Origin: Lachnospiraceae bacterium
Lineage (GTDB): Bacteria > Bacillota > Clostridia > Lachnospirales > Lachnospiraceae
Assembly (NCBI GenBank): GCA_015057005.1
Contig: SVFF01000003.1
Location: 8,972 to 72,971 of the forward strand
Reading direction: 5' to 3'
DNA length: 64,000 nucleotides
This document shows positions 46,929-56,305 of the stretch, one piece after another. How positions within the stretch are numbered: position 1 is the stretch's first letter; each line of letters begins with the position of its first letter. Made by a program: the position numbers and the translations under genes. The notes beneath the pieces were generated by a model that ran no database searches, had not been told where the DNA came from, and saw nothing but the letters and a program-made list of their open reading frames with translations.

Positions 46929-48596
46929 ATGACAGACAAAAAAAGTAGTAACAAGAATAATTTTGTAATGCAGGCGGGTATTCTTGCTGCCGCCGGCATT
47001 ATCAGCAGAATGATAGGGCTCCTTTACAGGAGCCCTTTACATACTGTCATCGGAAATGTAGGATTGGGATATTATCAGGCGGCTTATGCCTATTATACGA
47101 TAGTTCTTTTGATATCCTCCTACAGTATTCCTTCTGCGATTTCCAAGGTGATCGCCCAGAAGCTGGCGGTGAAGGAGTATAAAAATGCTCACCGCATTTT
47201 TCACTGTGCGCTTGTTTATGTGTTGATCGTGGGTGGTATCGCCAGTTTGCTTTTGTTCTTTGGGGCAGGCTGGTTCGTGGAAGAGAATGCGGTGCCTGTA
47301 CTGCGCACGCTGGCTCCTACGATTTTTGTGTATGGTATGCTGGGGGTACTGCGAGGCTATTTCCAGGCTCACAAGAGCATGGTTCAGACTTCGGTGTCCC
47401 AGATTCTGGAGCAGATTGCTAATGCAGCAGTCAGCATCGGCGGTGCCTGCCTGATCATTTACAGCACACTCGGCACTTTGGAGCATCCTGTTGACAGTGA
47501 GGCTCAGGTAGAGCGTGCGGTCAGCGGTGCAATAGGCAGTGCTCTGGGTACCGGTGTGGGAGTGGCGGCAGCCCTGTTGTTTATGGCAGGTGTTTATTGG
47601 CTGAACCGAAAATTAATTCTTCGCAGGATCCGGCGTGACCGCCATGAACAGGTGGACAGCTACGGTTCCATTATTAAAATGATCACTTTGGTAGTGACTC
47701 CTTTTATTTTAAGCACTGCCGTTTACAATCTGAGCAGTACTGTTAACACCAAGCTTTATACCTCTGTATATCCAAACATGAGGACTCTTGATACAGTGGC
47801 CATTACCGAGAAATGGGGCGTTTTCTCCGGACAGGCGCTGACAATCTCCAATATTCCCATCGCCTTTGCTTCCGCCATGGCGGCGGCCATCATTCCTTCG
47901 GTGGCTCAGCTTGTGGCTGCCAAAGATTTGGAAGGAGCCCGGGGTAAGATCGGTGTGGCAGTGAAGACTACCATGGTGATCTCCATTCCCTGTGCGGTAG
48001 GCCTTTTTGTGCTGGCTAAGCCTGTGACTTACCTTCTGTTTCCCAGCAACTCTGCAGACTCTTTGGACATGGCGGCCAAGCTGCTAATGACCTTATCCTT
48101 ATCGGTGATCTTTTATGCCCTGTCCACCCTGAACAGTTCCATTCTGCAGGGACTTGGTAAGGTGAACGCACCCATTAAAAATGCAGCTGTGGCACTGGTA
48201 CTCCAGACCCTGACGGCGGCTGTGCTTCTCTTTTATACAGATCTGGATCTGTACAGTGTTGCCATTGCCAATACCCTGTATTCCGGCATGATGTGCCTGT
48301 TGAATCAGTGGTCTGTGCGCAGGGCCGTAGAGTACAAGCAGGAGATCAAGCGGACCTTTCTGCTTCCCTTGCTGGCGGCAATTTTTATGGGCGGAGCAGC
48401 CTGGGCAGTATATGAGTGCCTGATGCTTCTGACGGAATCTATGGTGATTGCGGTGATTCCCGCAGTTCTGATCGCTGTAGTGGTATACTTTGTAATGCTT
48501 TTGTTGCTTCGCGGCATTACCGAACAGGAAATGAAGAGTTTCCCTAAGGGACATTTGTTGATAAAAGTTGCCAAGAAATGCAAATTGATGAAATAA
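46929..48596 (+). CDS. SpoVB/MurJ-like polysaccharide biosynthesis (MOP) transporter
   Basis: ILAAAGIISRMIGLLYR, IPSAISK, LRGYFQ and SQILEQI; ~14 TM helices. Confidence 0.88.
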   Translation: MTDKKSSNKNNFVMQAGILAAAGIISRMIGLLYRSPLHTVIGNVGLGYYQAAYAYYTIVLLISSYSIPSAISKVIAQKLAVKEYKNAHRIFHCALVYVLIVGGIASLLLFFGAGWFVEENAVPVLRTLAPTIFVYGMLGVLRGYFQAHKSMVQTSVSQILEQIANAAVSIGGACLIIYSTLGTLEHPVDSEAQVERAVSGAIGSALGTGVGVAAALLFMAGVYWLNRKLILRRIRRDRHEQVDSYGSIIKMITLVVTPFILSTAVYNLSSTVNTKLYTSVYPNMRTLDTVAITEKWGVFSGQALTISNIPIAFASAMAAAIIPSVAQLVAAKDLEGARGKIGVAVKTTMVISIPCAVGLFVLAKPVTYLLFPSNSADSLDMAAKLLMTLSLSVIFYALSTLNSSILQGLGKVNAPIKNAAVALVLQTLTAAVLLFYTDLDLYSVAIANTLYSGMMCLLNQWSVRRAVEYKQEIKRTFLLPLLAAIFMGGAAWAVYECLMLLTESMVIAVIPAVLIAVVVYFVMLLLLRGITEQEMKSFPKGHLLIKVAKKCKLMK

Positions 48597-48608
48597 CGAT
48601 GAATGCCG

Positions 48609-48821
48609 GGGAATTCCCCCATGTCATTTTGTTTATCTCTGTCCTGAGTGCCGCTTGGCATGATATATCGTTTTCAGACACACTTTCGTTCCGTGAACAA
48701 CGCAGCGGATGCTAAGCTCGAAAATACCTCGCTAAGCACCGGCGTTGTTCAAGGGTCTTCAAACGATATGTCGTACCTTCGGTACTTTGAATTGTTGATT
48801 TAATGACATTGGGGAATTCCC
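48609..48821. repeat. 213-bp nested palindromic element with 20-bp terminal inverted repeats (MITE/REP-like)
   Basis: gggaattcccccatgtcatt / aatgacattggggaattccc, with inner pairs agtgccg/cggtact, gatatatcgttt/aaacgatatgtc and gaacaacgc/gcgttgttc. Confidence 0.75.
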
Positions 48822-48881
48822 TTGGTTTTTGTTTAAAAATGGAAGTGACCATTCGGACATAATGTCAAGGAGGATGTTTTC

Positions 48882-50030
48882 ATGAATGCAGCAGTAGTGG
48901 AACAAAACAAAGCATGGATTGACGCTACCTGGGAGAAAATTGATAAGAAACTTAGTAAAACGGCTATCAAAAGCCGTGACAAACTTCCTTATACTACAGT
49001 AGAAGGTGTACATGACGATAAATCCGGGAAAGACGTGGGCTGGTGGACCAATGGTTTTTGGGGCGGTACCATGTGGCTGATGTATGCGGCTACCGGAAAT
49101 GAGGAGTACCGAAAGACTGCAGAGCGTTCCGAGGAACTCTTGGATGAGGCACTGAAACAGTACGATAAGCTTCACCATGATGTGGGATTTATGTGGCATC
49201 TGACCAGCGGAGCCAATTACCGCATTACAGGAAATAACGCATCCCGGATGCGCAACCTGTTTGCCGCAGCAAGTCTGTTTTCCAGATACAATATTGACGG
49301 GGATTTCATCAGGGCCTGGAACGGTCCGGAAGCGGCCGGGTACTCTATTATAGACTGCCTGATGAACCTGTCTCTGCTCTATTGGGCATCCGAGGAGATT
49401 GGTGATGAGCGTTTCAAAAAGATTGCCATGCGTCAGATGGACATGAGTCTGCGCGACCACATACGCCCGGACGGCAGCACCAACCACATTGTAGATCATG
49501 AACTTGAAAAAGCAGGTGTTAAGAACATTCTGGCAGGCCAGGGACTTCACCCTGATTCCTGCTGGTCCAGAGGTCTGGCTTGGGCTGTGTATGGTTCCGT
49601 GATTTCCTACATACATGCAGGCAAAGAGGAATATCTGGATGCGGCCAGGAGAACTGCAGATTATTTTCTTGAGCACAGCAAAAGCACCGGCTACGTGCCC
49701 GTTATTGACTTTTTGGCTCCGGAGGAGCCTGTTTATTATGACAGCACCGCCGGCTTGTGTGCGGCCAGCGGCATGCTGGAGATTGCAAAGTATGTTTCGG
49801 AAGAAGAAAGCGTGAAATACACAGAAGGTGCGCTCAGGATCCTGCAAGCCATCGACGAAAAATGTTGCAATTATGCAGAAGATGAGGATGCGCTGGTGAT
49901 GATGGGCAGTGAGAGATACCCCAGCCGGGAAGACTACCATAAAGGTGTGCACATCCCCATTATTTATGCGGACTTCTTCTTCGCGGAGGCACTGTTCAAG
50001 CTGAAAGGAAATGCCTTCTTCATTTGGTAA
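48882..50030 (+). CDS. GH88 unsaturated glucuronyl hydrolase family
   Basis: WTNGFWGG, HDVGF, IIDCLMNL, WSRGLAW, DSTA and IYADFFF. Confidence 0.9.
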   Translation: MNAAVVEQNKAWIDATWEKIDKKLSKTAIKSRDKLPYTTVEGVHDDKSGKDVGWWTNGFWGGTMWLMYAATGNEEYRKTAERSEELLDEALKQYDKLHHDVGFMWHLTSGANYRITGNNASRMRNLFAAASLFSRYNIDGDFIRAWNGPEAAGYSIIDCLMNLSLLYWASEEIGDERFKKIAMRQMDMSLRDHIRPDGSTNHIVDHELEKAGVKNILAGQGLHPDSCWSRGLAWAVYGSVISYIHAGKEEYLDAARRTADYFLEHSKSTGYVPVIDFLAPEEPVYYDSTAGLCAASGMLEIAKYVSEEESVKYTEGALRILQAIDEKCCNYAEDEDALVMMGSERYPSREDYHKGVHIPIIYADFFFAEALFKLKGNAFFIW

Positions 50031-50046
50031 ATCAATGTTCCGCCAT

Positions 50047-50588
50047 CCTGACTGCGCCTGCGACATTCTTAAGGAGCCCGCAGTCCCCACCCGCCTTCAC
50101 ACAAACTTTGATATCCGGCATGGTCTAGGGTTTCGCTGAAATACATTTGCAGGATTTTGGATTGATTTGTGAGATGCAAAAGCTTTCAATAATGGGAAGC
50201 GCGCAGAGAACTGTCTGATGGTTGACCGGGAGGGTGCAAAAACCGTCGACAAGCCCTTCCTGAAAAATATAAGAATCATAATTCAAATGACAAGCTTGAC
50301 GCCAAAATTTCTAAACTCGCTTACGCTCAGACATAGAAATTTTGGCGTCTGTCTTTGAATTATGATTCTTTATTTTTCTCGAAAGCGCTTGAAAAGGACG
50401 TGTTTTTGCACCCTCCCGGTGAACCTGAGTTTTTCTCGAGCGCTTCCTAATATCATCTTGAAAGCTTGCATCCACAAATCCCAAAAGCCTGCAGTATTTC
50501 GGCGAAACCCTAGACCATGCCGCATAAAAAATTCTACAAACAGCGGGCGGGGACTGCAGGGGGCAAGGATTTTGCAGGGGCAGTCAGG
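50047..50588. repeat. 542-bp imperfect palindrome (long rod hairpin)
   Basis: Arms pair end to end, e.g. cggcatggtctagggtttcgctgaaatac/gtatttcggcgaaaccctagaccatgccg and gacgccaaaatttcta/tagaaattttggcgtc around a 20-nt loop at 50314-50333. Confidence 0.92.
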
Positions 50589-50595
50589 GGGGCTT

Positions 50596-52383
50596 TTAGA
50601 GTTGCTGAATTCCTTCGATATTGCTGTCGATGATCAGCGAATAATTGGTATAGTACACTACGAAGCCCGGCTTTCCACCGCTGGGCTTTTTTACGTGCTT
50701 TTTCTGGATATAATCGATTTCTACCTTGTCCTGGCCGCGGCCCTGGGAGTAGTAGGCGGCCAGGCGGCCGGCCTCCTCGAAGGTACGGTCCGGCAGTTCA
50801 GCGGAGCCTTCCGTCTTGACGATCACGTGGGAGCCGGGCATGTTCTTGGCGTGGAACCACCAGTCACCGCCATTGGCGAACTGGAAGGTTAGTTCTTCGT
50901 TCTGGTAATTGTTCTTGCCCACATAAATGTGGAAACCGTCGCTGCTGACATAGTGGAAGGGTTTGCTGGTCACTTTGGCTTTCTTGGGATTTTGACCGGA
51001 TTTGCTTCCGTTCTTGCCGCTGTGCCTGCCCACATTGTATTTGCGGCGGATGTAACCGCTGTCTGCAAGTTCCTCCTTGATCTCCACCAGATCTTCCTCC
51101 AAAAGGGCGATGTCCAGGGCTGTGCTGATGGACTGGAGGTGATCGATCTCGGACTTTACTTCAGCGGTCAGCTCGGTCAGTGCCTCGTGGGTACGTTTTA
51201 ATTTGTTGTATTTGTCAAAATATTTTTTTGCATTTTCGGTGGCAGAAAGCATAGGATCCAGCGGGATGGTAATGGATTCGCCTGTGTAATAATTGATGGT
51301 CTCCAGAGCCTTGTCACCGGGCTTGGCGCTGTAGCCGTAGGTGTTCAGTAATTCGCCATAAATGCGGTACTTTTCACGCTTCTCGGTATCCTGCATCTGG
51401 CGCATCTGCAAGTCGTATTTTTTGATATTTCGCTCCAGGGCAGTCTGCACAATGCGGCGCAGATCGGCAGATTTCTGGCGGATGCGGGTGATGGTGTTTT
51501 TCTCCGCGTAGAAGCTTTCCAGCAGGGGACTCATGTTGTCATAGGAGACGATATGGTCGGCTCCCTGAGTATACATAGTCAGAGGGATGGCCGCATAATC
51601 TGCAGGCTGTGCGCCTGTGTAAGCGATACAAGGGGCAAAATTGCCGCTCTGAATGGTCAGTACCAGCTGATGGAAGGTATGATAAAGCTTCTGATAATCA
51701 TCTTCAGTCATGGCAGCAGTGGGCTGTTCCCCGTCGATGCCTGCGCGGAAACACAATTCCTGAGCAAGAATTGGTGAAATACCGCTGAAACTTCCGTAAA
51801 GAGCTTTGTAAGCAGGTTGTGGCTTCGCAGACAGCGCCTGATAAAACGCCGGGAAATCTGTGGTCAGGGCATCCAGCTTATCCTGGGTCTGTGCTACAAA
51901 GTAGGGCTTGCCGGGCAGGACCTCACGGATACTGCTGACGGCAGCGGATACACGCTTGATGCTGTCGATGATCACATTTTCTTCATTGCAGAAGATAATA
52001 TTACTGTGCTTGCCCATGATCTCAATGACCAGGGTCTTGCGGCACAGATCGCCCATCTCGTCCAGATGCTCCACATCCATGTGGATGATACGTTCCAGTC
52101 CCGGCTGGGAGAAGGAGAGGATACGGCCGTTCTGCAGGTGCTTTCTAAGCAGCATACAGAAATTGGGTGCAGTCAGGGGACTGGGTTTGTTGGTCTCCGT
52201 CAGATAGATCAGAGGGAGAGAAGCGCTGGCAGAGATATAGAGCTTCTTTTGTCCGGTGGGAGTCTTCACAGTGAGCAGCAGCTCGTCGCTTTCCGGCTGG
52301 GCGATCTTGTTCAATCTGCCGCCTGCCAGCTCTGCGTTCAATTCTTTTACAATATTTGCTATGGTAACGCCGTCAAATGCCAT
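50596..52383 (-). CDS. rqcH: NFACT/FbpA family ribosome quality-control protein RqcH
   Basis: MAFDG…FCMLLRKHL, EIMGKHSNII, VGKNNYQNE, WFHAKNMPGSHV and AAYYS. Confidence 0.92.
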   Translation of the reverse strand: MAFDGVTIANIVKELNAELAGGRLNKIAQPESDELLLTVKTPTGQKKLYISASASLPLIYLTETNKPSPLTAPNFCMLLRKHLQNGRILSFSQPGLERIIHMDVEHLDEMGDLCRKTLVIEIMGKHSNIIFCNEENVIIDSIKRVSAAVSSIREVLPGKPYFVAQTQDKLDALTTDFPAFYQALSAKPQPAYKALYGSFSGISPILAQELCFRAGIDGEQPTAAMTEDDYQKLYHTFHQLVLTIQSGNFAPCIAYTGAQPADYAAIPLTMYTQGADHIVSYDNMSPLLESFYAEKNTITRIRQKSADLRRIVQTALERNIKKYDLQMRQMQDTEKREKYRIYGELLNTYGYSAKPGDKALETINYYTGESITIPLDPMLSATENAKKYFDKYNKLKRTHEALTELTAEVKSEIDHLQSISTALDIALLEEDLVEIKEELADSGYIRRKYNVGRHSGKNGSKSGQNPKKAKVTSKPFHYVSSDGFHIYVGKNNYQNEELTFQFANGGDWWFHAKNMPGSHVIVKTEGSAELPDRTFEEAGRLAAYYSQGRGQDKVEIDYIQKKHVKKPSGGKPGFVVYYTNYSLIIDSNIEGIQQL

Positions 52384-52416
52384 GGTGTGTGCCTTTCTTT
52401 GGGGGGATTATTGTTC

Positions 52417-52451
52417 AGCAGCCCTAACGATTTCCTGGATCGTTGGGGCTG
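52417..52451. terminator. hairpin between rpn and rqcH
   Basis: cagccctaacgat-ttcctgg-atcgttggggctg. Confidence 0.45.
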
Positions 52452-52489
52452 CAGCAGTCGTTCTGTTCATTTCTGATCTTGTGAAATGG

Positions 52490-53482
52490 TTATTTGGTGG
52501 CCTTCAGGGCAGCCACTTCAGCCATTAATTCGGCTATTTTGCTTGCGGAAGCTTCTGCCTGACGCTTTAGTTCAGCGATTTCGACCTTGGCTTTTTCAAC
52601 TCGCTGTTCAGCAACAGCTTTGTCGTTTTCAGCTTTTTCAGCTCGCTGTTCAGCTTCAGCCTTTTCCGCTGTTAACGTTTCCATTCGCCACTGCTTCTCG
52701 CGTTCTCGACGCAGAAAATCCTCGCGGGCTTCCAGCTGTCGGCGGATTTGCTGATCTCTGGTGAGTTTAAAAACAGTTTCGGCTGCTTCTTTGATATATT
52801 CGTTCTGTTTAGCCAATGTTTTGATGTCCTCCCATGTCTCTGCTTTGAAGAAGGATGTCCAGTAGTCAATGTGGTACTGCTTGTCTTCCTCTGTTGCCAA
52901 GTCTTTACGAGTTAAGTCTACCACAGAAAGCGTGATTTTGCTACTGTAAAGCGTGTGGTTTTTTATGTTCAGCATCCGGTAGGTGGCATAAAATTCAGGA
53001 GTCTCGGGGAAGAGCGTGAAGTCCAGAAAACCGATCTGGATCACAGGCCGCACTTGAGAGTAAAGCTCTCCTTTGTTGAGGTGATTGAATGTCCGACAAA
53101 GATAGGTCAGAGAGCGGTCTGTCCAGTTGTGTTCGTTGATGACCTGCATTTCCAGATTAATGATCCGGTCGTTATTAAAGCTCACCAGGAGATCCATGAT
53201 GAGAGTCTTTTCGGTGAGGGAGTCCCCCTCATCAAGAGCCGGGATGACTTCCACGGATCTGATCTGTTCCACAGGAAGATGTAGAAGTGAGGCAATCAGG
53301 CCCTTTAATGCCTTATTGTTGCGTTGCAAAAATGTTTTAAAGAGATAATCGTTGGTCATGGAGAATTCCACCGGTCCGGTGGCGTTGGCCAATAGGTCTT
53401 CAGATGCTAAAGTTTCTGGGAGCAAATCGGTGTGTTCTGCGTGCTCAGATGACGCAATAGTAGAATGATTTTCAGATGCCAT
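52490..53482 (-). CDS. Rpn family recombination-promoting nuclease / PD-(D/E)XK_2 putative transposase
   Basis: TNDYLFK, MDLLV, INLEMQV, RSLTY and PVIQIGFLDF; coiled-coil tail with AEQRAEKA repeats. Confidence 0.88.
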   Translation of the reverse strand: MASENHSTIASSEHAEHTDLLPETLASEDLLANATGPVEFSMTNDYLFKTFLQRNNKALKGLIASLLHLPVEQIRSVEVIPALDEGDSLTEKTLIMDLLVSFNNDRIINLEMQVINEHNWTDRSLTYLCRTFNHLNKGELYSQVRPVIQIGFLDFTLFPETPEFYATYRMLNIKNHTLYSSKITLSVVDLTRKDLATEEDKQYHIDYWTSFFKAETWEDIKTLAKQNEYIKEAAETVFKLTRDQQIRRQLEAREDFLRREREKQWRMETLTAEKAEAEQRAEKAENDKAVAEQRVEKAKVEIAELKRQAEASASKIAELMAEVAALKATK

Positions 53483-54027
53483 AGATGTGTCCTTTCCTTT
53501 GTGAGATGGTAAGATTAGAAATGTTTGAAAAGTGCCGGGGGAATTCCCAGCAATGAAGGTAGCTCCACCGGAGCCGGATGATAGAAGTTAATGATAAAAA
53601 TCAGAATGTGCGAACGACTGCACGAGCTTATTATAAGGCAGTGGGGCAGAACGGTAAAGACCCAATGTGTAAAATTTGAATCAGTGTTGAAAGCAGTAAA
53701 AAGAAGTTGGAAATAACAGCCTCAAGCGCACCTCATTATCCTCCCACCACAAAGTAAGGCCGAAAGATTGGGTACAATATCTTTGCGGCACAGCCAAAAC
53801 AATCGGCCTTGGGAGGAAACAGTCATAAAAAAAAGGAAAAATGACAGGCAGATTTCAGGGACTTATGTCTACCCATGAGGGCGGAATGAAGCACCTTGAG
53901 AAGAAGAGTACATAAAATGATTAAGAGATTATGACAATAATGGAGAATAAAGCAGAGGATTCCCGGGTTTGGGGAGCTTTCTTCATTTCGTGCCCTACAA
54001 ATGCACAATAAAAATCCCCCTATCTTC

Positions 54028-54056
54028 TTGACGCTGATAAGAACTTATTTTATAAT
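54028..54056 (+). promoter_or_regulatory. sigma70 promoter of the yicC operon
   Basis: TTGACG-17-TATAAT. Confidence 0.7.
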
Positions 54057-54109
54057 AAATAAGAATATGCAGTGGGGAAGCAAATATCCCACACCGGATA
54101 GGAGCGCTT

Positions 54110-54988
54110 ATGATTAAGAGTATGACCGGTTTCGGCAGATGTGAGATTGCCGAGAACAATAGGAAAATCACGGTAGAGATGAAATCCGTCAATCACCGTT
54201 ATCTGGATGTCAATATCAAGATGCCCAAGAAGCTGAATTTCTTTGAGAGTGCCATCCGAGGTGAACTGAAAAATTATATTTCCAGAGGCAAAGTGGATAT
54301 CTTCATTACTTACGAGGATTTCACGGAGAATAAGTCCAGCGTCAGATACAATAAGGAGTTGGCGGAGGAATATCTGACCTATTTAAAGCAGATGGCCCAG
54401 GACTTTGATCTGGACAATGATATCAGAGTATCCACCCTGTCCAAGTATCCCGACGTGTTTACCATGGAGGAGCAGACTTTAGACGAGGAAGAACTGTGGA
54501 AAGAACTGCAGAGCGCAGTGAAGAGTGCTTCCGAGATGTTTGTGCAGACCCGTATTGTGGAGGGCGAGCATTTAAGAGACGACCTGATCGAAAAGCTGGA
54601 TGGTATGTTAAAGCTGGTGGATTGTGTGTCCGAGCGTTATCCCAAGACTGTAGCTGAGTATAAGGAAAAGCTTACCGAGAAGGTACGTGACCTGCTGGGC
54701 GATACTGCAGTTGACGAGGGCAGGCTGCTCACCGAAGTTACTATTTTTGCCGACAGAATTTGTGTGGATGAGGAAACAGTCCGTCTGCGCAGCCATATTG
54801 AGACTACAAAGAACACCCTGATGGCAGGGGGCAGCATCGGAAGAAAGCTGGATTTTATCGCCCAGGAGATGAACCGTGAGGCCAACACCATCCTGTCCAA
54901 GGCCAATGATCTGGAGACTTCCAATTATGCCATTGAGCTGAAGACTGAGATTGAAAAGGTAAGAGAACAGATCCAGAATATCGAATAG
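54110..54988 (+). CDS. yicC: YicC/YloC family endoribonuclease
   Basis: MIKSMTGFGR, SVNHRYLD, GRKLDFIAQEMNREANT and REQIQNIE. Confidence 0.93.
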   Translation: MIKSMTGFGRCEIAENNRKITVEMKSVNHRYLDVNIKMPKKLNFFESAIRGELKNYISRGKVDIFITYEDFTENKSSVRYNKELAEEYLTYLKQMAQDFDLDNDIRVSTLSKYPDVFTMEEQTLDEEELWKELQSAVKSASEMFVQTRIVEGEHLRDDLIEKLDGMLKLVDCVSERYPKTVAEYKEKLTEKVRDLLGDTAVDEGRLLTEVTIFADRICVDEETVRLRSHIETTKNTLMAGGSIGRKLDFIAQEMNREANTILSKANDLETSNYAIELKTEIEKVREQIQNIE

Positions 54989-54997
54989 GGAATTTCT

Positions 54998-55282
54998 ATG
55001 AACAAACTAATTCATATCGGCTTCGGCAACATCGTCAACACCGGCAAGATCATTGCCATCGTAAGCCCGGAGTCAGCACCTGTCAAGCGCATGGTTCAAA
55101 AGGCCAAGGAAAACGGTATGGCTATTGATGCTACTCAGGGGCGTAAGACCAAGTCTGTGCTTGTGATGGAGAACAGCCAGGTGGTGCTTTCAGCACTGCT
55201 TCCGGAGACCATTGCAGGAAGAGCCCAGAGTAATCTTGCGGCAGACGAAGAGGCTGAAACAGAGGGTGAAACCACTGAATAA
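54998..55282 (+). CDS. remA: RemA/DUF370 family regulator
   Basis: IGFGN, PESAPVKR and IDATQGRKTKS; conserved position between yicC and gmk. Confidence 0.88.
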   Translation: MNKLIHIGFGNIVNTGKIIAIVSPESAPVKRMVQKAKENGMAIDATQGRKTKSVLVMENSQVVLSALLPETIAGRAQSNLAADEEAETEGETTE

Positions 55283-55334
55283 AGCCGGTGCATTGTGTAC
55301 CATACGAGACAGAAAAGATAAGAGGACATTACAA

Positions 55335-55973
55335 GTGATTCGTGAAAAAGGAATTTTAATCGTAATTTCAGGTTTTTCCGGAGCAGGCAAGGGTACCCTG
55401 GTAAAAAAGATGCTCCGGACCTATGACAATTATGCTTTGTCTATTTCCATGACCACCAGACAGCCCAGAGAGGGTGAACGTGACGGTGTGGAATATTTCT
55501 TCACAGATAAGGAACAATTTGAAGAGAATATCGGGCGGGACGGCTTCATAGAGTATGCTTGTTACTGCGGCAATTATTACGGCACTCCCAAGGCTTACGT
55601 GGAGGAGCAGTTGGAAGCAGGCAAGGATGTGATCCTGGAGATTGAGATTCAGGGAGCACTTAAAGTGAAAGAGAAATTCCCAGAGAGTCTGTTACTGTTT
55701 GTAACACCTCCCAGCGCTGAGGAATTGCAGCGCAGACTGGTGGGCAGAGGCACCGAGACACCTGAGGTGATCGCAAAGCGCCTGGCCCGTGCAAGTGAGG
55801 AATCAGAAGGCATTGAAGCCTATGATTATATAGTAGTAAATGATGATCTTGATGTCTGTGTGGCAGAACTCCACGCTATCGTGGATGCAGCCCGCAGAGC
55901 ACCCGTCAGAAGAGAACAATTTATAAAAGAGATCAGAGAGGAACTGAAAGGTTTCGCGAAAGGAGCAGAATAA
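55335..55973 (+). CDS. gmk: guanylate kinase
   Basis: SGFSGAGKGT, TTRQPREGE and YYGTP; probable GTG start after GAGGA. Confidence 0.93.
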   Translation: MIREKGILIVISGFSGAGKGTLVKKMLRTYDNYALSISMTTRQPREGERDGVEYFFTDKEQFEENIGRDGFIEYACYCGNYYGTPKAYVEEQLEAGKDVILEIEIQGALKVKEKFPESLLLFVTPPSAEELQRRLVGRGTETPEVIAKRLARASEESEGIEAYDYIVVNDDLDVCVAELHAIVDAARRAPVRREQFIKEIREELKGFAKGAE

Positions 55974-56206
55974 TGTTACATCCATCTTATTCAGATTTAA
56001 TGAAAGTAGTAAACAGTGAGGTAGAGCCCGGTGAAGCGCCTGTAGTTAACAGCCGTTATTCCATCGTTATGGCTACTTCCAGAAGAGCAAGACAGCTGAT
56101 CGACGGCAGCGAGGCGCTGGTAGACAGCAAGGGCAAAAAGCCTCTGTCTGTTGCAGTAGAAGAACTGAATCAGGGCAAAATCAAGATTCTCGGCGATGAG
56201 GAATAA
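55973..56206 (+). CDS. rpoZ: RNA polymerase omega subunit
   Basis: MLHPS, SRYSIV…RARQL and KPLSVAVEE; follows gmk. Confidence 0.92.
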   Translation: MLHPSYSDLMKVVNSEVEPGEAPVVNSRYSIVMATSRRARQLIDGSEALVDSKGKKPLSVAVEELNQGKIKILGDEE

Positions 56207-56305
56207 TTTGCAAATAGTAGCTGGAGCGATTCGCCCCAGCTATTAATTGTTTAACGTGGGGATGGCCTGTGTGGCAGGTGGTTCTCCGTTTGGAAAGGTT
56301 GGAAT

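Noticed and set aside
50097-50892. Similar-looking ORFs 50097-50279 (-) and 50362-50892 (+)
   Set aside because: Their similarity is a by-product of the palindrome arms, and the longer one runs antisense into rqcH.
53483-54027. ncRNA or riboswitch in the rpn-yicC intergenic region
   Set aside because: A hairpin at ~53741-53816 is visible but matches no family I recognise; evidence is insufficient for a call.
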